In this document: piece by piece, positions 1 through 12,751 of the stretch
Numbering within the stretch: the first letter of the stretch is position 1
Layout: each line of letters opens with the position of its first letter
Assembly: GCA_002269645.1 (NCBI GenBank)
Contig: NIVC01001390.1
Span: 186,001 to 250,000 of the forward strand
From: Macrostomum lignano
Taxonomy: Eukaryota
Length of the DNA: 64,000 nucleotides
Direction of reading: 5' to 3'
The notes under the pieces: generated by a model
Seen by the model: the letters and a program-made list of their open reading frames with translations, nothing else
Database searches by the model: none
Told to the model about the DNA's origin: nothing
Program-made: the position numbers and the translations under genes

Positions 1-1334
1 TTTAAAGGACTCGTTTGTACACTAGAAATTTCCAGTATTGTAACTTTCTAAATCCCTGCATATTTAATGATAGAATTAGTTTTAAGTAATTAATTTACAA
101 GATAGAAACCAAATCTCACGCTTTACATAAAGCGTGCAGCCTGCCATTTATCTTCAATGTCTATTTTAAAAGTAGTTATATTTTGTACTTATTTTATTTC
201 GTGAATTATTTTTATTTGTATTTTATTTTTATTTTATATCTTACTGTATGTATTTATATAATTTTGCATAATTGTTTTATAATGTAGTTTGTTTTACTGC
301 CCAATAATTAACTAAACTCGGCGCGCTGAGTTAGCACTCGACTAATAATTCAAATGTTGAGTTCGGCCTATTTATTTTATTACACGTATACAGTTTGAAA
401 TATCGTGAAAATAGTTATTTCTTAAAACAAATTAAATTGTGTCAATTTGTTAAAGCAATAAACTAGTTCAGTAAAAATTAAATATGTCGTAGACTTCGTA
501 TAAAGCTCTTTGTATCGAGATCGTATGATGACATAACTCGCAAGATCATGCGATAGGCAGTTCTGCTTTATTAAAATTTCTTTTTTTTGAGACATCAGTC
601 GGTCTGGAGTGCGCAAGGGAGACACACCCTCGCCACTATTCTTGTTTGTCCTAGTGCTAATTTTATGGGTCAAGGACTAGCTACCTAATGTAGCTGGACG
701 CGCGTAGTAGAGCTCAAAGATCCTGTAATTTTTTAGAGACCAATTTGCCGGAAAAAATTACACGTACACTGCAAAGATCAATAATATTGTCTAGGTCTAG
801 CTTTTAAATAATAGGTTTTTAAGGATTAGGTCAAAAACAATATAAGAAATTATATTGGTAAACATTCAATTATTTAAACAGGTCTAGAAATTAATGCTAC
901 TAAAACATGCGTTGAAACATACGGAACTACATATGTATATATGCTGTATGTATACCTTCAATTATGGCTTTTAGATATGCAACAGCTGTATGCAACGTTT
1001 ATTACAAATGTGCTTCATTAAAAAAGAACACAACATGCAAAAGGCACGAGCACCCTCGTGAATAATCCTACATGTAGTAGTAGAGTTTTAGTAACAAGTA
1101 ACAGGTTATTGTGAGGACAGCCCGGAAGCCGCAACAACTTTGAGAGTATATCCCCTGACCGACTTTGGAACTCAATTTTTTAGGGTTTTTTGCTCTGGAA
1201 TACTCAGCTGCATCATGTATGGTGGTTCTTATCGAGAGTCCAGCATGATTTTGTTCTCGAACCCGGTTTTTTCAAGATTTAGAGCGCGCTTGTCGCTGCA
1301 TGGCCCGGACAGTACCCACCATGCCTACACCGTC

Positions 1335-1335
1335 C

Positions 1336-1385
<50 letters not shown>

Positions 1386-1389
1386 TTCT
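1335..1389. repeat. (CT)n microsatellite
   Basis: Direct reading. Confidence 0.95.
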
Positions 1390-2601
1390 AGCTTTACGCT
1401 TGTCGTGTTCACTCATTTATTTATTCAATACCGAACTTATTTACCGGTATGATTTATTAATTCATAATTCATGATTTATTAGTTCATCTATATCATTCGA
1501 TCCGGCCTATCATTTTTATCATTCAAATTAAGGAGTAAATTCCTGACAGCTTCCCTGGGGAAGCTGTGGAAGGCTGTGAGTACATTTCATTATCAGAGAG
1601 ATCAGAGCAGACGAGAAGCTATCGCAACAGCTGGATACAGCTGGGAAACCAGAGTTCACATATGCTACTCTTGGTATAGTCTTGAAAGAGCTCGGTCTGA
1701 TGATACTATTTAGAGGGCCAGTTTAAAAAAGTGAATTGCAGTTCTCAAATTGAATTGCAGTAAGGTGCATGGGCCGTTAGTGTCGTACCATTGTCGTCAA
1801 ACAGTCACACTACATATTTTCAGAATATTCATCACCTTACATTGCACAGCTCGGTGCTCAAACTTTGTTGCAGTTTTTGTGCGGAGGCTGAACCAAACAA
1901 TTCATTTTGCTTCATCTAAATAGGCGAACTTCTTATGGTGATGCGTGCTGTCGCTGCATCCCAAACTTCATCCAATCTCTGCCTCTTCCAATAAGCCTGT
2001 CTTGATTTGTGCGATGTGGAGCTGAGAAGTTTTTTTATTTTCACGATTTCAACGCGAGGGATAACAGAGACAGACACGATATATAGGGAAGGCGATAGTG
2101 AAATTTGGATGGCGGGGGGGTATACAATAAATAAAAAGTACATGTATAAAGTGAACACGTACAATTCCGGTATAAGATACAATTGACTTGACTCTTGACT
2201 CAATTACTCTTGACTCTATAGACTGACACGTCGACCCATCTTGTCCTGTACAATATCAAAGGCCCTGTACAATATTAGAAAGGCCATAAACATAAACTTC
2301 GAGCATCTGAGTCCTAGACATCTATAGCATGGGTCGTCACATACGGCCGCGAAGCCTCTCTATCCGGCCTTCGGGTCCTTTCAAACTTCGCAGATCCGAC
2401 CCGCTCAAAGTTTGTGTCTCTTCTCAGCTCTCTTCCTCTCCTCTCCCCTTCTCCTTTCTCCCATTCTTCCTTCTTCTCTCTTCTCTTCTCTGTCCGCAAT
2501 TTTCATTCTGCTCCACCACACGAAAGCATAACTTGACTTCATTCTGGGTAACTAAGGTACGTTTAAATACATTCCGTCATTCGCAGCTATCAGCTTTCTC
2601 A

Positions 2602-5229
2602 CTATTTGCAGATACTTCCCGCCATGCGCAATAGCACGCGCCCGTGTAACTCAGCGTTGGCGCCAGAAGCAACGACGCAGCCGGATCCGCTGCAGAAGGA
2701 ACCGCCGCCACCTCCGCTACCACTGGCACCTGAACTAGCACCGCCTCCACTGTAGCCGCCTCCGCCGCCACTGGCCCCCATCCGGGGCTCATCGCAACAG
2801 CCTCCGCCAGCGCCGCCTCCGCCGAAGCCGCCATCGCCAGTTGGGCATGAGCCGCTACGAGCACCACCCAGCCACCCTCCTGTAAGACTAATGCCGCCTT
2901 TGCCGGACTCTGCATAGGTGCAAGCGACGGCCGAGCTGCTCCAGCCGGCACCAGGACCGCTGCAGGAGCAGTCAAGAAAATTCATCGGACGATTGTCCGG
3001 CGTTGAACCGGCCTGCCCTGAAGCTCCTCCGCTGCCGCTGTACATATTTCCAATTGGACCAGCGCTAGTGGCGGTTGTATTTGAAGTGCCGTCAATGCCT
3101 GGAAAATACCAGCCCCATATTTAATTGCTTCGTACATGTAAATGCTCGAGTCTGTAACATGTACAGTAAAAATCTTGAATTGTGGCACAGATACAGACCC
3201 CTTCCGCAATGTGACGTCGGCCGTCTATCGATGTCTATGACAAATATGTTTAGCATTACATCGTCGAAAAATAACTCTCTCCCTTCTCGACCTGCTCCCT
3301 TCCTGAACTCTCCCTTCCCGACCCTCTCCCTACCTGACCGTCTCCCTTCCCGATCCTCTCCCTTCCTGACCCTCCTATCCCTTCCTGACCCTCTATACCT
3401 TTCTGACCCTCTACCCCTTCCTGACTCTCTGCCTTCCTAACCCTCTGCCTTCCTGACCCTCTGCCTTCCTGACTCTCGATCCCTTCCTGACCCTCTATCC
3501 CTTCCTGACCCTCTATCCTTTCCTGACCCTCTATCCCTTCCTGACCCTCTATCCATTCCTGACCCTCTATCCCTTCCTGACTCTCTGCCTTCCTAACCCT
3601 CTGCCTTCCTGAGCCTCTATCCCTTCCTGACCCTCTATCCCTTCCTGACCCTCTATCTCTTCCTGACCCTCTATCCCTTCCTGACCCTCTGCCTTCCTGA
3701 CCCTATAATGTGCGACTAATGCCGCCATTACATCGTCGAAAAATGACGTTATACATCGGCTGAACGTCGGTCTAATGTAAAAGTACATATTTGTCATAGA
3801 TTTCGGGAACGTTACCCTACGTCGCATTGCTCTACGGGCACTTCTCGTAGCCGTTAAACTTATAGTTTCCACACTAACCACTGAAGTGAACGGAACCGCC
3901 GCCACCGCCTCCGGCAGCGATCAGCAGTAGAGCCGCGCCACTGGAGCCGAGGGTGTAGGCAAAGCTGCCACCGCCGCCTCCAGCGCCGTAGGTGCAGCTG
4001 GTATTGCCTCCAGCCTGACCAACAACAATATTAAGTCGGGTCCCGGCAACCAGATAAAAGTTTCCAAACGCGGAGGCACCTTTTCCGCCTTTCATCGTAG
4101 TGCTCAGTCTAACCGGTACTCTTCCACCAGCGGCTCCGAATGCTTCAATACGATAGCAACCGGAAACGTTGATGATGCTGTTTTGAATAATTCCGTTTCG
4201 ACCAATGCCGCTAGCTGAAATATGCAGGTATATGTATTTAATCACCGTTAAGCTAAGCATGACGATACGTAAAATTACTTTCATGGAATGCTTCGATGCT
4301 GAAATCAAGGACTACTTGGAAACGTTTCTTGGAAAATGTTAGAAAGCAGGTTTTTCCGAAAAATTGAGTACTTTGCAGTGACTACTCTATAACTACGGCC
4401 GGGAAACTACAAAATTTGGAGGCCGATCTATTATTAAATTAGTCCTCAAAAAGCATTACTTCGATAGGTTTTTACCACAGACGCAAACGCACTGACTACA
4501 AGGGAGAATTTTTTTCGAAAAAACCAGCCTCTTAAAACTTTCCAAGAAACCAGGTTTCCTGTCCTTCTACTTGAGTAGTCCTTGGCTGAATTTTGAATTC
4601 GTAAGCAATAAAGCAAGTTTAGATGCTCATACTCTTTATCTTGACGTTATCACCCGGTCAAGTCATACAGTTTATAGGGTCTTAGGACCCTTATACATGT
4701 ATAGTGCCTTGATTTTAATACACGTTGATTACTTGTACTTTGCAAACGACTTACGAGTAAACAAGCGGTCTTGAAAGATCATTCTCGTCTTCAGCTGTCG
4801 CTCAAAATCATCCGATTTCCACACACGAACTGCAAAGTTGCCGGGCGAGCCGAGCTGTCTTGTCACGTGACTGCCGTTCGGTCCAGGCTGACCTGATGAC
4901 TCATCATTGATCAAGACCAGCTGGCAGACGTGACTGGTGTCATTCACGACTGCCACAACGCACAGTCGTTGCTCGCACCAAGACAGACATTCAGCGTCGG
5001 AGCGAAAGTTGTCGGACTCGTTGAATACGCTGCTGCTCACCGAGTCGTCAATGACGATCGATCGACTGGGTACAAGCTCGAACTCGCGGCCATCCGTAGC
5101 TGAAATCAAATTGGAGAAGAAAATTGCGCTAAAAAGATGAAAAAATCTATGAAAAAGCACAGCTACATAAGTATAATTCTCACCCATGATGCGAGCAACT
5201 AGTAGACCCACTAGCAGATAGATGGACAT
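2602..5229 (-). CDS. Secreted PAN/apple + ALK-like glycine-rich domain protein, paralog 1 (407 aa)
   Basis: Exons 5229-5184, 5099-4755, 4214-3879, 3098-2602. All introns are GT-AG phase 1 and the joined frame is open to TAG. Signal peptide MSIYLLVGLLVARIMA; PAN-type Cys motif ECLSWCEQRLCVVAVVNDTSHVCQL; ALK-GRD-like motifs CYRIEAFGAAGG, LNIVVGQ, GGGGGSF, LIAAGGGG, GAGW, GGFGGGG, GGGYSGG, HGRVLL. Confidence 0.85.
3198..3838. mobile_element. MITE-like element containing a 17-18-bp pyrimidine-rich minisatellite (intron 3 of paralog 1)
   Basis: Perfect 16-bp inverted pair 3234-49 / 3785-3800 and an outer imperfect pair GCAATGTGACGT / ACGTCGCATTGC. Internal CTTCCTGACCCTCTATCC array ~3275-3715, bracketed by a 19-bp direct repeat (3254-72, 3726-44). 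Confidence 0.5.
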
Positions 5230-6019
5230 TTGCAATTTCAGCTACGAGGTACGTCGAAGATATCGGTGTTAACTGAAGACTGGCCGTGAAAGGAGGGACT
5301 TAATTCTTGGTGGTTGCTTAAAATGGCTGCTGTTTATAAAGACATGGGCTGTTCGAGCAGCTACTTTTTAAATGACCTGCCAGTTACTAGAGTAGATGAT
5401 TGTTAAACTTAAAGAGCCTATATCTTAATTGCACGCGAGTTGTTTTAGAAGTGCACTTTGACTTTTACAAACGTCAGTTCTTGAAAACTGTCAATAAGTT
5501 CCTGAAGCTGTCTCGACAATGGCAAACACCTTAAACTACTGATGGATGCCCTCAAGTATAGCTTGCAGTGAAAAAACATTTACCAATAGTACAACTAAAA
5601 ATTGTCATCGTCTTCAGCAGCGTATTGCAAGTATAAAGCTCTGAATTTACGAGCTATATTAGATTCGTGTAAAATACGTTTGAGTTAAGTCGAGTCGAGT
5701 CGAGTCAAGTCGCTACTTTGGAGTGAAATCATTTGTGAGGCAACACCTCCACTCGCTGTATATAAAATAGTTGCCCGAGCGAATGTAAACACGAACGAAC
5801 AATATGTACTGTACTAGCTAGACATGATGTTGTTAGGTCGCCTACTCACTCGACAAGCCACCTAACCATCGAGGAGCGTACACAATGAAAATTATTAAGT
5901 GAAAGCTCGTTAATTGATAGGATGCTAAACAGTCCTTATACATGTATTGATCTAAACTGTTTTTAGAACGGTCGTCTTCTAAAATTTGAAGAGATGTTTC
6001 GGTAAATTCTCAGGTCAAA

Positions 6020-8069
6020 TCAACCACAAGTATCTCCTAATCGCGTCAGCAGCACTCGCCCGTGCAACTCCGTGTTGCTGCCAGCGACCATCACACAGTT
6101 GGTGCCGGAGCTGCTGCAGTAGGAGCCGCCACCGCCGCCGCCGATATTAGACTTCGAGCCAGCACCGCTGCCGCCTCCGCCGCCTCCGGCTCCGATGTGC
6201 TTCAACACGCAGGAGCCTCTACCGGCGCCGCTGCCGCCAAACCCGCCGTTTCCAGCGATGTTAGCGTAGCCGATAAGATCGCGCTCGCCTCCGAGCCAGC
6301 CACCTGAGATGCTCAGACCGCCGCCGCCGGGGTGATTGTAGCCGCACTTGGGAGCCGGGCCGCTCCACCCGGCTCCGGGACCGCGGCAGGAGACTGTCAA
6401 GTTTACAGAATACTGGGTGCCAAACGCACCTGCCGAGCCGTTTGTGCCGCCGGTACCGGCGTATACGTCAGCAGAATTGGAAGCAGATGTTCCACTGATG
6501 TCGTCATTGCCGTCGGCGCCTGCAAGTTACGAGCGTATTAATGCGATTGATTCAATTGATGTTTATATTATAGCGCAGCGAGTAAGTTTTAGTTTCTAAT
6601 TGGATCTGAGTCATAAAAATTTACAGAAAGAACGATTTTTATGCTATTTAGGTTTTGGCACCAATTCAAACGCTAGTTTTGTCATTTTTATCTAGAGAGT
6701 CATCCCGCTAATTAGTAAATAAATTAATACTCTTAATTAATCAGCAATTTGATTGCGTGAAGAAACGAATCAGCTACTTTGTTATGCTTTGCTTAAAGAT
6801 TTTAAGTCAAAGGTCAGCAAACTCCGGCCCTCAAAGCCTCCTTATTCGGCCCTCGGGTCCTTTGAAGTTTCACCATAGCATCCGTCCCGCTTTAAATTTT
6901 TCTTTTCTCAGCTCTCTTCTCTAATCTCCTCTCCACTTCTTTCCTCTTCTCCCCTCTTTCCTCTCCTATTTCATCCCTCATCCCCTCCTGCATTCTCTTT
7001 TTTTCTTTCCCTTATCTATCTCTCCTTTCTTCTATCTTCTATATGGCCCTTGAGATAAAAATGTTTGGGCCGACCCCAGCTTTATTTTAATTTGAACGAT
7101 GTTCCACGACTGCACCCAACTACTGTGTACCCCAGAAAACGGGTGTAGTTCGCCAGTTAGACAACAAAATAGAAGGCGATCAAAATCAGAAAAAATACAT
7201 TGTTGATCAGTTCGTACCAGATAAATAGCCTGACATGGCCCCGCCTCCTCCGGCCACTATAAGCGCATTGGAGCTGTTTTCAATGTACACGAAGCTTCCA
7301 CCGCCGCCTCCGGCGCCCAATGCGCAGGTGACATTTTCACCAGCCTGACCGACCACGATTTTCAGCTTGGTGCCAGCGGTAAGACGAAATTTTCCAGCTG
7401 CGTAAGCTCCTCTGCCGGGTCGAACTCCAGCATTAATAACGATAGTACTGCCGCCTGCTGCTCCGTAGGCCTGGATGCGGTAGCAGCTGGTAGAGTTCAC
7501 GGTGAACCTTTGGATGATTCCAATTCGACTGATACTTGTGTCTGCAGGTTACCGGAAGTTGATTCATTTTATTGTTATTGTTATTGTTTTGAGATACTCT
7601 TACTTCTGAAAATCAAATTAGCCAGTCGAGATTTTGGCTTTAACTGCGCCTGAAAATCATCAGCTTTCCACAGACGAACTGCAAAGTTGCCGGGCGAGCC
7701 GAGCTGTCTTGTCACGTGACTGCCGTTCGGTCCAGGCTGACCTGATGACTCATCATTGATCAAGACCAGCTGGCAGACGTGACTGGTGTCATTCACGACT
7801 GCCACAACGCACAGTCGTTGCTCGCACCACGACAGACACTCAGCGTCGGAGCGAAAGTTGTCGGACTCGTTGAATACGCTGCTGCTCACCGAGTCGTCAA
7901 TGACGATCGATCGACTGGGCACAAGCTCAAACTCGCGGCCATCCGTAGCTGAAATCAAATTTAAAAAAATCGCGATAAAATTCAATAAACAGAGGAGAAA
8001 ACGTTTTTAAAATTGCCAAATTCACCAATGATGCGAGCAAGCAGTAGGAAAACAAGATAGAAAAAACAT
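6020..8069 (-). CDS. Secreted PAN + ALK-like glycine-rich domain protein, paralog 2 (~403 aa; exon 1 carries a 1-nt frameshift, possible pseudogene)
   Basis: Exons 8069-8026, 7948-7604, 7541-7218, 6519-6020, GT-AG. Exons 2-4 join in frame with the same motifs as paralog 1. Exon 1 is 44 nt (phase 2) because of a T6 run after the ATG; a T5 run would give phase 1. Confidence 0.75.
6808..7079. mobile_element. hAT/Charlie-like MITE (degraded second copy at ~2328-2480)
   Basis: Ends CAAAGGTCAGCAAACTCCGGCCC ... GTTTGGGCCGACCCCAG resemble CAGGGGTCGGCAAAC-type TIRs. The internal sequence is shared with 2328-2480; no TSD seen. Confidence 0.5.
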
Positions 8070-8388
8070 TGGTCCTTCAGCTCATGCTTGACATTCAGAC
8101 AGTTGTTGGCTTCGGGTGAGAGTAGTTTTTTGAAAGCATCTGCCAGTTACGAGCGCGTACAAGTTTAGGTAAATTTAAAGTGTCATTATCCTAACATATT
8201 AAAGCATTTTATTTCATCATTCACTAACGCTTGAACAAGTGCAGTAGCTTCTTTAAAAGTGAGAAAATTTTTTGACAACTGACAGAATGTTCTCGACAGC
8301 AACTTCTTTGTCACGGAATGATAAACACTTCAACTGAAAATGATATCTAAAGTAGCAATCGATTTGAAGTTTTGCACGTCCTTCTTCT

Positions 8389-8569
8389 GGCTTACAGTGG
8401 GTACTTTCTCCGCGACTCTGTGGAGTGGGTCGGCTGTCGGTCTCGTTCCTGACACATCACATCATGCCTGACGTGCATGACGGCTTACAGTGGGTACTTT
8501 CTCCGCGACTCTGTGGAGTGGGTCGGCTGTCGGTCTCGTTCCTGACACATCACATCATGCCTGACGTGC
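8389..8569. repeat. Tandem duplication of 88 bp with a 5-bp spacer
   Basis: 8389-8476 is repeated at 8482-8569, separated by ATGAC. Confidence 0.9.
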
Positions 8570-8677
8570 CGTGCCAGCCAGTGTCAATTGACAAACAAGA
8601 TAAATAATCGACGACTTTTCACGAAACTTTTACACCAAGTCTAGTAATGCGGAATTGCTGACCCACGGCAGCCTAAT

Positions 8678-8921
8678 GTTGTAGCCTAGTGCGTTGGACT
8701 CACGACTGAAAGGTCAGGGTTCGATTCTCGACCCACTCGGAACAATCTGTGTCCTTGAGCAAGACACTTAACTCTGCATTGCCTCAGTTCGCCCTGCAGC
8801 TGTAAAATGGGTGCCAGCATTAGCAGGCCTTGGGCTGAACAGCCGTACTCAGCCTTCGAATCAGATGCGCCGCGCAAATGAGCTGTCGGTTGTACATAAT
8901 TCCTAACAGGGCAGGTATAAT
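8678..8921 (+). mobile_element. tRNA-derived SINE family A with CORE-like central domain
   Basis: tRNA-like head (B box GGTTCGATTCT) followed by CTGTGTCCTTGAGCAAGACACTTAAC...GCCTCAGTT...CTGTAAAATGGG, closely resembling the CORE (MIR) domain; related copies at 57321 and 36265. Confidence 0.75.
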
Positions 8922-10591
8922 TTAAAAGAATTTACAATCCCCAAATCCTGAACTTTCGAATTTTGACATTTGAAAACGAGGGAACTTGCGACGACGGCGG
9001 TGGTGGCAACTGGAGCCGTTAAACTTTGTCCTGGAGTTTAGCAAGGTACAACTAAACCCGGACATTTTGGGCTCTAAGCCTGCTGGCTTCTGAAAATTCG
9101 AGATTCCGCCGAAATGGTTCGACAGGCTCAGCGCCGTGTGGTTATGTACTGTGCTGACTATTGTGTAGGCCTCATAGGCCTGCCTGCACACAACCTGTGC
9201 ACACTGAGCAGCCTATCACTGCTATGTATTTAACTGCAGTGCCGAAGCATGTAAGGCTGATTTTCTATCGAATACATTGATCGATGTCGATCGATCTCTT
9301 TTTCTCACAGCTTCCCACTTGATTACCGGCAAAGGTCCGGCCTTCAGACACTCCTGCTTTGCATATCCCTCCAGATGTGATTTTATCGATGTAGAAGTTA
9401 TTGCTACAGTTTCCAAATTGCCGATGAGTTCCAGATGCACGCTGAGCACGTCTCTCCCAAGCAGAGCCTAACTCCTATTGCTCTTAAAAACTTCAAAGTC
9501 GATTCACCTGTACGAGTAGGTGCCATCGGTCTCTACGCTCACCTTGGCTCATTGGTATGAGCAGAAAGCAGACACTGAAAGACACAGCTGAGCTCACAAA
9601 TTTGTTCCGCTCGTCTTAAAAATAACCTCCAGAAATTCTCCTCTGGCAGGAAAAAAAGACGAGCGGCTTCGGACAGATGAGTGTATTTAGTGTTTATCAA
9701 TTAGCAGAAATTGAGAACTGTTTTGAGTTTTCTGAGTGCAAGTAGGTCAGTAGCAGTGAAAGATTCCAATAATCAGTTAAATAACAGTTCAATTCAGGAA
9801 GGGAAGATCTAGCTTCTGGGTATGAAAACAGAGGTGCTATGGTTAAAAAAAACTAATTTTGACCTTGGTAAATAATCGCCTAGGTTAAAAGTCATGAACT
9901 TTAAAGTTCACATACACTACTAGTGATAAGAAGCTAGTGAGTAGTAAGATTTAAATATACTTAACTCTGAAGTCCTACACAACTTAAAATGTCTTTATTG
10001 CCAATAGCGTAGTGCATTTAGCGTTATTCTCGAGTTAACAATTTTGTGATTTCACGTATTAAAAATTGAAGAAGTGATGCATCGAATTCATTTAATAAAA
10101 AATATATAACTAGCATTGATTACATTTTTATACAGTGAACTTATCAAATTAGACTATATTGATGGTAACTAATCATCTTCTTTTTACACTCTACTGCACA
10201 TTTTCACGCTCGATTTTGATAAAGTTCCCAGTTCTAAAAAACTTTTGAAAATTCAATTCAGACTATTTAGCTGGAGACAGCGTGCTTGCGGAAAATCAAT
10301 AGAAAGCCAGAACTCTTTCAATTCAAACGCGGCTTTTGTCTATGGCAAATATTTCCAGGCTTTTTTCAGAAGACAAGCGTTAAGTTTAAAGCTTCACGGA
10401 ACTACCAGACTTAGTTCACAAGACTAAGCCGTTATGGTCTACTAATCGCAATTTACAGCCTCCCTAGCCCTAAGCTATTTTCCCAAACGACACCAATCAA
10501 GGTTCACAAGATTAAGCAGTATTACACAGTGACCATCCAAGTCAAAATCCGAATGACCAAGGCCCCACTTAACAATCGGTTTGCAGTGGCT

Positions 10592-12103
10592 TCAGATGCC
10601 CGCGTTGCAAGCGGCTGAGGCCGACTCAAGCAGAACGGACACGAAGCCCTGGTCGCCGGTCCAGGTGCCGCCGAACACGCAGCCGCCCCTGCAGAAGGAG
10701 CCGCCGCCACCGCCGATGTGGCCGTAGCCCAGTCCGGCTCCTCCACCGCTGAAGCCGCCGCCAGCTCCAGGGGTGCCTCTTACTGCGCTGGTCCTGCTGC
10801 CGCCTCCGCCGCCTCCGCCGAAGCCTCCGTCGCAGACGCTGCCGTCTCCCGCGCTGCCGCCGACCCAGCCGTCGGCCAGACTGCCGCCTCTCTCTCCGTC
10901 CGAGGAGCTCCGTCTGGGGCTGACGGCCCTGCCGAGCCAGCCGGCGCCGCAGCCGCCGTGGTTGCTTTCGCTTGGGGTGTCAGCGGGATTGTTGGAGCCC
11001 GGCTGACCGTTAGTTCCACCGAAGCCTAAGTTGGCGCTGTTGCTTCCCAGGCTGTCCGAACCGTTTATCCCAGTTTCCCCTGGTTTTCCTACAGTGAAAT
11101 AAAAGAATAAAGCAAACTGCTTATGCAAGTGGCTTCTTGAATCTTATAATTAACCATTTTAGCAACTGCAGCCACTGAGCTCACCATTTTTACCGTTGGA
11201 AGCTCCGCCGCCTCCGCTGGCAGCCAGCAGCAGCAGCTGGTCGCCCGTCTGGTACACGAAGCTGCCGCCGCCTCCGCCGCCTCCTTCGAACTCCAAAGAG
11301 GTCGAGCCGCCCATCTGGCCCACAACGATGCTCAGCTGGGTGCCGGCTGTCAGGTTGACTCTGGCGCTCACCTGGGCTCCCTGGCCTCCGGCTTTGTTCG
11401 TCAGTAAGTTTCCGCCACCTCTGGCGCCGGCAGCTTTGATCAGGTAGCAGCCGGTCGTGTTGATGAAGACGCTTTGGATTGAGCCGTTTCTACCTGTGCT
11501 GCTGTCTGCAATGGAACAGCGTCAGCGAGTTACAAAGCTGGAGTGAGTGCAATTTCGGTCTCTGCCGAAATCATGGTAGCCACCCACAACTAAGACTAGG
11601 CATTGATGACTCACTCCGAAGCTGCACTGCAGGCGAAGGCCAGTCGCTGTCCTCCGCCTTCCACACCTTTGCACCGACCTGAGATCCGATGACTTGCTGC
11701 ACCTGATCTGCTGAGATTGACAGCTTGGCGGTTGTTATGGTGACCATCTCGCACGTGGCATTGCTCTCCACCGAGACGGCAGCGCTGCAGCTCAGCCTGT
11801 GGCACTTTGCTAGACAGTCGATTACATCAGTGGCCTTGGTTGTTGTCGTGACGTTGTTGTAGGCGTTGAGAGCGACTTCCAGCATCTGAAGCTGCTGCTC
11901 TGAGCACACAGAATAGGTCCGCGAACTGGTGCCTTGTACTCGCAGCACGAGAGAGCAGCAAACTGTGTTGGGGCAGTGCGCAGTCCGTAATAAATACTCG
12001 TAGCATCCATTGAATAACTGTTAGCAAAGGTTTTCAATTGTCAAAGTGGCAGTCACTTACCGAACAGGGTAACTAATTGTAAAGTCAAAACTTTATCAGT
12101 CAT
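10592..12103 (-). CDS. Secreted PAN + ALK-like glycine-rich domain protein, paralog 3 (402 aa, most divergent)
   Basis: Exons 12103-12061, 11962-11615, 11505-11185, 11088-10592, all phase-1 GT-AG. Signal MTDKVLTLQLVTLFVCCSLVLRVQG; PAN motif DCLAKCHRLSCSAAVSVESNATCEM; GRD motifs GCYLIKAAGARGG, LSIVVGQMGG, GAGW, GGFGGGG, GGGFSGG. Confidence 0.8.
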
Positions 12104-12751
12104 GCTTGCGGTTGATTGGTTGATTGTCAGTCTTTGCGCTTCTTTGCGATGCTTATTTGAACTCTTTTTCGACTATTGAAATTCCCAATAAATTTCTCTT
12201 ATATCAGCAGTGAATATTCGTGCAGGCGGGAAGCAGAGTGCGTTTTCTGCTACTTGTTTCTGGGAGCTGCGGCTGACAAGACGCTTGCTGGAGACTAAAT
12301 CAAGATTTGAAAGAAATTCTAAGCAGAGGCGGGTTCGCAGCCAATCCCAGAAACGAGCTTTCACCATGGCTCAGGAGCTTTATTTATCTATGATTCTTGA
12401 GCACTGCTCTGCAGCAGTTTTAGGTTACTACAGGTTTAAAAAATGTTTCACGCTCTAGATTGGCTCGCTGCAAATCTGCAAAGTTTTTGAACCGATAGTA
12501 ACTCGTTTAAATCCATCAATTAGCCGACAGTAATTTCGGAGAGCACAGTAATATCCTTCCTTGCTCACTTCTGTTTTTCCAATATTTCTTACGCTTAGCT
12601 TGTGAGGTCAATATTAAACTCGCTAATTTGACTAAATTGGATTGGACGTTACAACATACGTACATGTAACAATCAATATCTGTTATAACTCTTTTGCTTC
12701 CTTTGCAACGTCTTTAAGGCTAACATAAGGCCAGGCTAGAAGCCGCAGTGC

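Noticed and set aside
2577-2975. Ala-rich or Pro-rich ORFs overlapping GRD exons (also 6062, 10718, 10773, 54556)
   Set aside because: They are alternative or antisense frames of GGC-rich glycine codons.
2602-12103. PAN-GRD exons as pieces of one ALK receptor kinase gene
   Set aside because: Each copy has its own signal peptide and stop, and no EGF, TM or kinase exons appear in the window.
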